DNA of 64,000 nucleotides from contig NC_134029.1 in NCBI RefSeq assembly GCF_964204645.1, positions 10,814,850 through 10,878,849 on the forward strand, written 5' to 3'. The position numbers were made by a program, and so were the translations under genes. How positions within the stretch are numbered: the stretch's first letter is position 1; every line of letters starts with the position of its first letter. Under the pieces are notes generated by a model that did not search any database, had not been told where the DNA came from, and saw only the letters and a program-made list of their open reading frames with translations. The DNA is from Tubulanus polymorphus. Its lineage: Eukaryota > Animalia > Nemertea. Positions 56,055 to 64,000 of this stretch are shown one piece after another.

Positions 56055-56185
56055 GAATATCACAATTTTTAGTATTAAAATTTGTATTCCCGAAATACTT
56101 ACCTGTAAAAACATACGTTTTTGTCCCATTTTTACAGGTAAGTATTTCGGGAATACAAATTTTGATACGATAAATTGTGATATTT
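56055..56185. repeat. ~55-bp inverted repeat at the DIRS 3' terminus (ICR/ITR-like)
   Basis: AAATTTGTATTCCCGAAATACTTACCTGTAAAAA / TTTTTACAGGTAAGTATTTCGGGAATACAAATTT downstream of the recombinase. Confidence 0.7.
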
Positions 56186-56189
56186 TCAA

Positions 56190-58096
56190 GAATCTCGTTA
56201 CATCCCTGTTGAAAGCTGTCTGGCTCCTGGTACTTAACTTTTGATAGAAATTCATCAAAATCAAATCCATCCGGCAATTCATACATTATCAAAGCTGTAG
56301 CAGCTTTAACATAATTGTCCAAATCAGATAATTCTTCCTCCGTCATTTCTTCTTCCATTTGATTATCGCACAAATCCTCAGAAATAACCAATACATCACT
56401 ACCATCTGTTGCCTGATACCTTACAAGATTTTTTGAGCAGCAACGCAAATCTTCCGGAACTTCAGTGACTGACTTCATGTTCTCGTAAAATGTGACGAAC
56501 GTCTCTGGCTGCGGAATTATGACAGAAATATTAAAGTTTTTTAGCTGTCATCCATCCGAAGTTTTACATCGGCCAATGGCAACACCTAATTGGCCCGGAC
56601 TTCTTTTATTTTCGCAGTCAACGATTGCGCGATCACAAGTCATCCCTTGTGACTTGTGTATCGTAACAGCAAATCCTAAATCAACCGGGTACTGGATACG
56701 CGTTGCTATCGTCTTACATTCGTACGGATCGTACACTGAAAAGATGTTTGATTAAGATGAACTATTTTTTATAGAAACTTTTAGACAAAACTTTGAGACG
56801 TTACAAAGCACTTATTTTATCTAGCGGCACCCTCAAAAACAACAGTTTATGAGAGGTACTTTAAGTACTTATATCACAAAAGAAATAAAGTATCTAAACT
56901 AATGAGGCTGTCTGTACAACGGCCTATGGCCTTCTTTGATGGTAAATAATGATATGATATGATCAAGATTCAATAATATTGGGTAAAATATTTTTGTTGG
57001 TCTATGATTGTTAAGTTATCCAAACTCAGAACAATAGAAATGTATACCTGTAAGATTGTACTTCTTCATCTCTATGGTGATATCTACGTCCACCCAATGT
57101 ACAACTGGACCATCCTTGAAATCAACGACTATCCCGGTGCTGCCATTCACTTACTTGTCACTCAGGTTTGCTAAAAATGACAGGGGCGCTTCGCTTCAAT
57201 AGCAGACGTTTTGGAGCTCTCATTTTATTCCAGGGAGCTTTTCATCCCATGGTCCTCCGCAATGAATTTGAAAAGTTCACCTTGCATCTGTTATGAAAAT
57301 GATATGACGAAAAGGATTACATTTTAAACAACAACATATAGGACTACAGTGAAAAGGCAAAGAACACTTACTTCAACAAGGGACTCAACATTCTCTTGAA
57401 CTTGAACTTCCAAGTTTGTTGAAAATAATTTAAGTGCTCGAACAGGGTTGATTGGTCGCTGCAAAGTTAGTAGATACTTTATTGTGTCTTGATCTTTCAC
57501 TCCTCTACTACAGTCATGTATAGCCTGAAATCAAGATAAACCAATATTAAAAATACCAATTAGAAACCCCCTTAAATTTGGAGCATGAAATATTCTTTAA
57601 AATCAAACAGTTGATAGAATAACAAAGCATTTGTGATTCATCACCCACCTTGATAAGCTCTTTTTCATTCTGACGTTTAATTTCTTTAAGGACGACGTTA
57701 TGAACGAACATTTCTTTCCAAACAGTAGAACAAAATGGCATTATTCCTTCCTCACCATACGACAGGTCTGGGACAGGTGGGAGATGCAGAAAATCACATA
57801 AAAAGATGCATAAAATCACAGCGATCATGACATACAAACCACTTTGAAGAGAAATAAATAGTACGTCAGACCAACCTGATACAATGACTTGTAGGCCACC
57901 AAATGGCAAGCAACCTCCTCCTCGATCAATTTTTCCAACAGATCAAACGTCTTACAGCTGATCATAGAAATGTCATCTATTATTAACACTTCCGTAGATT
58001 TCATTCTCTCATACGAATCTTTGTATCCTTCCTCGGTTTTAATTTTCTCAGTTAGGACATCCACCGAATACCGGCAATCACCTATGCCAGACCACC
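56190..58096 (-). pseudogene. Intron-containing PIF1-family helicase (SF1B), 5' part missing; frameshifts and stops
   Basis: WSGIG, VLIIDDISM, FGGLQVIVSG|DFLHLPPV, LKEIKRQ, NLSDK*VNGSTG, RIQYPVDLGFAVTIHKSQGMT, GQLGVAIGR; introns at ~57875-57798 (acceptor decayed), ~57649-57525, ~57370-57289 and ~57048-56737. Confidence 0.85.
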
Positions 58097-58499
58097 TGGA
58101 AGAGATGAAAACAAAAAATGTCTTTATTTAACATCATTGTGACATGCCTGGGACGGGTAGTGGCCCAGTTCTATTTAGGAACCCAAATCAAGCATTATCA
58201 ATGGCATATGTGTTTCTTAATTGACTGTGATCTTTTATCAAAATAATTACCATTCAGTTCGGTACATACATGCTTAGGTCTAGGCTTGTGGGTTTTGATA
58301 ATTATTCATTACACTTTAATGCTTGGTAGGCCTCACGTGTATCACTGCACCAAACACACGTCTTACCTATGGATCGTCATAACGGAGCAGTGGCCGGAGT
58401 ACACCTGCGTCGCCTTCCCTGTCGAGGCAGTTAGAGCGACCCTTTTGCGATCTAACTGTAATTCCTTAGCACGATCTATAGCGAATTTGAGTTGCATGT

Positions 58500-61337
58500 T
58501 ACCCACGGATCGAAATATCGTATTAAAATTCTTCTTCTTCACGTTCCCGTACCTCGTCGCTAGCTTCCGAAATTATGAGAAATGCTATATCAAATCCAGG
58601 ACTGCCAAAAGTAAAGTAAAGTTCCTTCAGGAGTGTTATGCCGAAAAAGTGGTTCCGCGATCACTTTCTTGGATTTGGAAATACGACTCCAGCTCTGCGT
58701 TTCCATCCGAAGCTAACAAGCAACTCAAATTCGCTATAGATCGTGCTAAGGAAGACTGTAACTATCAGTTCTACAAATTCCGTCAATCTCAAAATTATTT
58801 GAAGTCACACGTACCGGACCTATTCCTCTGGAAATCGCTCTCCACTATTGTTCAAGGCTCTGGAAAATATCATCAGCACAGAAAGTCTGTGGATCTTACC
58901 AACCAACTGAATAAACTCATTGATTCCAGCCCGGACTAGATTTAGCAACACCGAAAACATAGTAAATTTGTCTTCAACCACGTTATCTTCTACTCAGTGT
59001 CAACTTCTCGGCTACGGTTTGAATTTTTCTCTTCCTCATCAAGATAAACATGTTTTAGACTTTGTCACCCAATCGGAATATCGCAAATCATCTCCGAACA
59101 GTTTGGACTATAACTTTATATTCATGAATCTACAGGCTATTTGCGATCAACTCAACAGGAACATCTTTGAATATCTACCTCGTCGATTTCGGCTCGCCCT
59201 CCAAGAACTACGGAAGTTAAAGACTAATATCTAAGGCTGATAAAGGTGGCAAGATTGTGATTTTAGATCTGGATAATTATAATGTTAAAATGCAATCTCT
59301 CTTGGATAATCCTTGTGTTTATAAGAAACTTAAATCGAATCCTCTTCCTCGTATGCAAGCTAATTTCAACAGAAGTCTTTCGGATATTATTAAACGTTTC
59401 CCCTCCGCTAAAGAAACTCTGAATAAGTTCCATTCACGTCTTCCCTCTTTACCATATATCTATGGATTGCCTAAAATTCATAAAGATAATGTTCCACTGC
59501 GCCCTATAGTCTCCAATTGTAATTCTCCTACATACCGGTTATCTAAATTTCTCGCGAAACAGTTATCTCCAGTGCTCGGTTCGTTCTCTCCGTCGCACCT
59601 TCGCCATAATCAACACTTACTTGAACGTATTAAGAATATTATCCCATGGCAACGACAAATTTATATCATTTGATTTTACTTCCCTTTTTACCAATGTTCC
59701 TCTTGGACCTACTCTTGATTTCTTAAAACGCAGATTACCATCACTTAACATTAACTTCGGCATTACTACGGATTGTATCATCGACCTTATCTCTATTTGT
59801 ACGACGGACTCCTTTTTTGAATTCAACAATTGTTTTTACGAACAGACATTCGGTATCGCTATGGGAAATCCTCTTAGTCCTATTCTAGCTAATTTATTCC
59901 TAGAACATGTTGAATCTGAAATATTGCCTCTTTATACTGATATTCACCCTAAAATCTGGCTCAGATATGTTGACGATGTTCTGGCTTTGGTTCCCTTTGA
60001 CTTCAATGTTGATAACTTTCTTATATATTTAAACTCCCTTTACCCGTCTCTGGCTTTTACGTATGAATGGGAATCTAATAGTAAAATACCTTTTCTGGAT
60101 GTTTTAATTTTTAACTGTGGATCCTTTTTGAAATTCGCGGTTTATAGGAAACCTACCAACGCTGAATCCTACCTCCATTACTTCTCTTTTACTTCTCCGG
60201 ATATTAAACTCGGTTTAGCTCAAGGATTATTTCTTCGCGCTTTGAGAATTTGCGACCCCTCATTTCTACCCGATGAAATTCAACATATTAACCAATCTCT
60301 CAAAAAACTTGCCTACACCGATTTCCTATTGAAAAAAGCTCTACTTAACGCTCGTACTACGCATTTTAGAAATAACAACCTTAGAACTCCTACGTTGGCT
60401 ACCGATAAACAGCCTATCATTGTACCGTATTGTCGTGCGACCTGGAGGGGGAAGCCCGAAATTGCTGTGGGAGAGCGCCGCTGTTCTTGTTCGTGACGTA
60501 TGCACTTCCCCTCCTGTCCTGCACGGCGATATAGAAACCAGAGACCAAACATAACCAACAACTAAACTCAGGTTGATAAAATGATGCAAGGGTTCTATTG
60601 CATGAAACTTAAACAAATGACAACTGACAATATCATATCACCCTTACCCTACTTGGTGCGCTGCCTCTGCTCTGGTCGAAGCCGCCAATGTTGCTCTCCC
60701 TCTCCGTTTTTCCCCGAGAGTACCGTGCATTTATTCTAGAAATTTATCTTATCTAATTCCGGGTTTGAACATAAAGCTTTTAATTATTCTATAATTACTA
60801 AACAGCAGGAATTGTCCCACGAGCTTGTAATAGCAGAAAGTGATACGTAGTTAAATTGATTAAAATGCCTATGTCACAACAGTATGTACCTTTCCTCGAG
60901 AATTCTAAAGTTTCTATTCGGTCACTAAATAAACAACTTACAATTATAAACTTAGTAACATATTGATCAATAACAAACCGAAAACCGAATCCCTAAACTG
61001 TGGAATTTATAAAATACCTTGTAAAGTTTGCGACAAAGTATATATAGGAGAAACAGGTCGGAATCTTAATCAACGCATAAAAGAGCATAAATTAGATGTA
61101 AAAAACTTTAAACCTGAAAGCGGAGTTGCTAGTCATGTTTTTCAGACTTCACACAATTTTGATTTTGCTAATGCTGAATTAATTTACCCTTGCAGCGATA
61201 AAACTAGAAGACATATTTTGGAATCTGCATTAATTATTGAAAATTCGAACAACGTTGTAAACCTTCACAATGGTTTTTCACCCCATAATAAACTTATATC
61301 AAAATTCCTCTGTAAACTGGTTAAACTCAACACTTGA
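58500..61337 (+). pseudogene. Penelope polyprotein: reverse transcriptase plus GIY-YIG endonuclease
   Basis: KADKG, YGLPKIHK..PLRPIV, SFDFTSLFTNVP, GIAMGNPLSP, RYVDD, IPFLDV, VYRKPT; GIYKIPCKVCDKVYIGETGR. Confidence 0.92.
60431..60881. mobile_element. Solo LTR (Ty3/gypsy-type) inserted in the Penelope ORF
   Basis: TGTCGTG...CACAACA termini, 4-bp TSD GTAT; removal restores IVPY|VPFLE. Confidence 0.85.
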
Positions 61338-61640
61338 TTTCCCCTTTGATTATTTGTTATTTGTTCTCTCATCAATTTCGTCTCTGACTTAACTTCTATT
61401 CACCTTTGTTTTAATTTAAGTGCCCCTTAGTTTGTCTTTCTTTTTACTACTGACTTTAAGTTTCATTTATATTTATACTCACTATTGTTAATTACCCCTT
61501 AGTTTGCTTCCCTTTAATCTATTTTAGCGTGTAACTGTTTCTACGTGAATTTTCCTTTAGTTTGTATCATCTCTGATTACTTGAATTAGTCTCTTTGTCT
61601 CTGGATTGTATATATATCTCATAATTTCTGTAGTATCTCA

Positions 61641-61687
61641 TTATTCCTGAAGATGACTATTAGGATATAGTCGAAACGTTGAAATAA
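61641..61687 (+). ncRNA. Minimal hammerhead ribozyme in the Penelope pLTR
   Basis: TTATTC-CTGAAGA-T-GACTAT(TAGGAT)ATAGTC-GAAA-C-GTT-GAAATAA. Confidence 0.75.
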
Positions 61688-62795
61688 ACTACTATCTCGA
61701 AGTTTCATTTTCGGACTTTTTATTATTGTGGGATTGTCTCCTCATCGTGAGATGTGTCGATTTACTTTTCGTTTATCCGTCGAATTTCCTCTGCTAAGCC
61801 CGAAATACGCTCATTTGGTGAGTAAACTCTTATTATGAACAAAATATAAGATGTTGTGCTTCGATTGATGCATCGTTTGTCGGATTTGGACGCTGAAATC
61901 ACCACGAGCTCTTCACTTGAAGTTGAAAGGTAGAGGATTTTTGCTGCCATAGCAATTGCAGTACAGGATATTTTGGGGGTCTCCGGCGCATTTAATCGCG
62001 ATTTTGAGTGGTGAAACGTTATCAAATGGCCTCCAAGTATACATAGACATATTTAGAAAATATAGGATGTTTTGAACAGTTTAAAAGAGATTTCATCGAA
62101 ATCCTTTGGATATTTGAGGAGTTACAGCAGTTTTAAATCGAAGTGTCTGTATAGGAGTTTCCACCCTTTTTCTTTTTATATATATAGTACCAGGGATACT
62201 GGATGATCTAAGCTACAGTTCACCCCCAAACTTATGATACGAGCCCCTGTGGCTAATATAACAAAATTAATGAAAACTGATTGGCAGTGGATAAAGATCT
62301 TCCATTTGTCTTACATTCAAATATCACAGCGAAATAAGTAACGTATAAATGAAACAAACAGTGAACGATCACTGTCACTCAAGTAAGTTGTTGACAGTCT
62401 GCAAACATGTAAAAGGTACCGACTGTCCATGATTATGGTTATAGAAACAATGCATTGACAAGTAGCACTGGCACAAATGGTAAAATTACAAATATGGTTA
62501 ATGCCCAGTAATTAAATGGTATATATGCATATTTATTGTGTAGACCACAACTAATTTAGAAAATAAAATACAGTAGAGTCTGGTAGAGATAGAGTCTATC
62601 CACTCAGAAAAAGTTCGACTCGAGCTAGGTCTACTGTAGTAACAAATACCTGGTAATATATCACTTCGGATCCACTAAAAATATAGCAGTCAAAATCAAA
62701 CTGACAACTATAAAACTGGGCCGTATAAATCGAAGTTATATATATGGTACATTAGTTTTAATATCAGGATCATCAACCGCTAACATTGCATCGTT

Positions 62796-63199
62796 AGTAA
62801 TAGGGGTTTAGTAGTTTCATACCAAAGGTCGAAAGGTCGAGCCCATTAAAAAACAAAATATTAAAAGTAATTAAAAAACTATAATATATTTTCATAACCG
62901 CGTGCATTTTATATCAAAACTAAATATTTATTCTAAGATATCAATAATATAAAAAGCATATTGTATTAAATCAATTGGTCGCTCCACTTCGCTACCGCTC
63001 CGCTCCGCGACCAATTGATTTAATTACAATACACAAATTCAAATAATCAAATATATTCAAATGATAATAATTCTATTATTCAACTGAAATGCACGCGGTT
63101 ATGAAAATATATTATAGTTTTTTAATTACTTTTAATATATGTTATTAATGAACTCGATCATTAAACCTTTGGTATGAAACAACTAAACCCCTATTACTC
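62796..63199. mobile_element. ~400-bp near-perfect palindrome (Sola3-like MITE) upstream of the second polB
   Basis: AGTAATAGGGGTTTAG...CTAAACCCCTATTACTC|TTAA; arms pair throughout (AAAAAACTATAATATATTTTCATAACCGCGTGCATTT / AAATGCACGCGGTTATGAAAATATATTATAGTTTTTT). Confidence 0.75.
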
Positions 63200-63280
63200 T
63201 TAAAATATTCATATATATATGAATAACATTTAAATCATTGAACTTCTAAAATCAATTTTAATAAAAAATATAGTATTAAA

Positions 63281-64000
63281 ATGGAAGCAAATAAGTACTA
63301 CTGCCCAACATGTAATATCGATATAGATAAATCCCAAAAAGCAAGACACAATAAAACTAGAACACATTTAGAGAATAAATTGAAACTAGAATATAAAGAT
63401 GATATATTAGAAAATAAATTAGAAGAATTAAAGGATGAAAAAGAAACATACAAATGTGATACATGTAATCAATCATTCAGTGATAAAAGATATTATAAAG
63501 AACATTTAAAATCTATAAGTCATATTAGAAATAAGAATAATGATATTTTAGGTGAAGATTATTTTGATAATGATAACGATAAGAAACAGAAGACAATTAA
63601 AAGAATAAAAAATAAATTAAACAATAAAAGACCATACATGGAAGATGTAAGAAGTTATATTAATTCATTAGATAATAAAAAAGATATAGAGATAACCGAA
63701 GCATTTAAAAGTGATATTGGTCCAGCAGCTATTGAGTTTAAATTTCATAAAGGAAAAACAATAGAAGAAAATAAAAAACATTTAGAAAATATGAAAGAAA
63801 TAATAAAAATAATTACAAACGTAGAATATCCTAAAATAAGTATATCTTCTAAAGTAAAGTTTATAAAATCTGAAGATAAACCAATATATAATATAAATTC
63901 TCATTCACAACATATTATTTCTAAACAACATATAGATGATAAATTAGATAAATGTTATAATGAAGTAAAAACTAAAATAGAAGAGAAATATTTTGAAGGA
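63281..64000 (+). CDS. polB: N-terminus of a second protein-primed PolB (open for 240 codons, runs off the window)
   Basis: MEANKYYCPTCNIDIDKSQKARHNKTRTH...YKCDTCNQSFSDKRYYKEHLKSISH...KYFEG; clearly homologous to 28905-29606 but without its stops and frameshifts; missed by the ORF track. Confidence 0.9.
   Translation, partial: MEANKYYCPTCNIDIDKSQKARHNKTRTHLENKLKLEYKDDILENKLEELKDEKETYKCDTCNQSFSDKRYYKEHLKSISHIRNKNNDILGEDYFDNDNDKKQKTIKRIKNKLNNKRPYMEDVRSYINSLDNKKDIEITEAFKSDIGPAAIEFKFHKGKTIEENKKHLENMKEIIKIITNVEYPKISISSKVKFIKSEDKPIYNINSHSQHIISKQHIDDKLDKCYNEVKTKIEEKYFEG

Larger units (their letters stand above)
58290..61790 (+). mobile_element. Penelope-like retroelement (RT plus GIY-YIG, 3' pLTR), decayed
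   Basis: RT and GIY-YIG in one frameshifted ORF; hammerhead in the 3' region. Confidence 0.9.

Noticed and set aside
56095-56105. U1 snRNA gene (ATACTTACCTG)
   Set aside because: Only the first 11 nt match; no U1 stem-loops or Sm site follow; part of an inverted repeat
62450-62485. ALTSSTG resembling PIF1 motif Ia
   Set aside because: Wrong strand relative to the PIF1 pseudogene and no supporting context; likely chance

Overview
AT-rich metazoan (probably marine invertebrate) genomic window made almost entirely of repeats and mobile DNA. 1-24.3 kb is an ~89-bp satellite: a degenerate 1.9-kb tandem unit that carries a pseudo-exon, followed by a homogenised array with higher-order repeats. 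27885-52560 is a decayed, TIR-bounded Polinton/Maverick-like endogenous virus, about 13 kb once nested insertions are removed. It encodes protein-primed PolB (Zn fingers, EndoVII insert), a penton-like protein, a putative double-jelly-roll major capsid protein, five hydrophobic or membrane proteins and two Zn-finger genes. I see no integrase, packaging ATPase or protease in it. Its structural genes start at TAAATG (a poxvirus-late-promoter-like motif) and its replication-type genes at ATTAAAATGG. Two Helentron-type non-autonomous elements interrupt it; one holds a 31-bp palindromic minisatellite, a third nested element and a Penelope-derived hammerhead-ribozyme fold-back with a (CAT)44 loop. 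To the right lie MITEs, a DIRS tyrosine-recombinase remnant, a spliced PIF1-like pseudogene, a Penelope retroelement (RT, GIY-YIG, hammerhead, solo-LTR insertion) and the start of a second, apparently intact copy of the PolB element. Protein-family calls come from motif recognition by eye, not from database searches.
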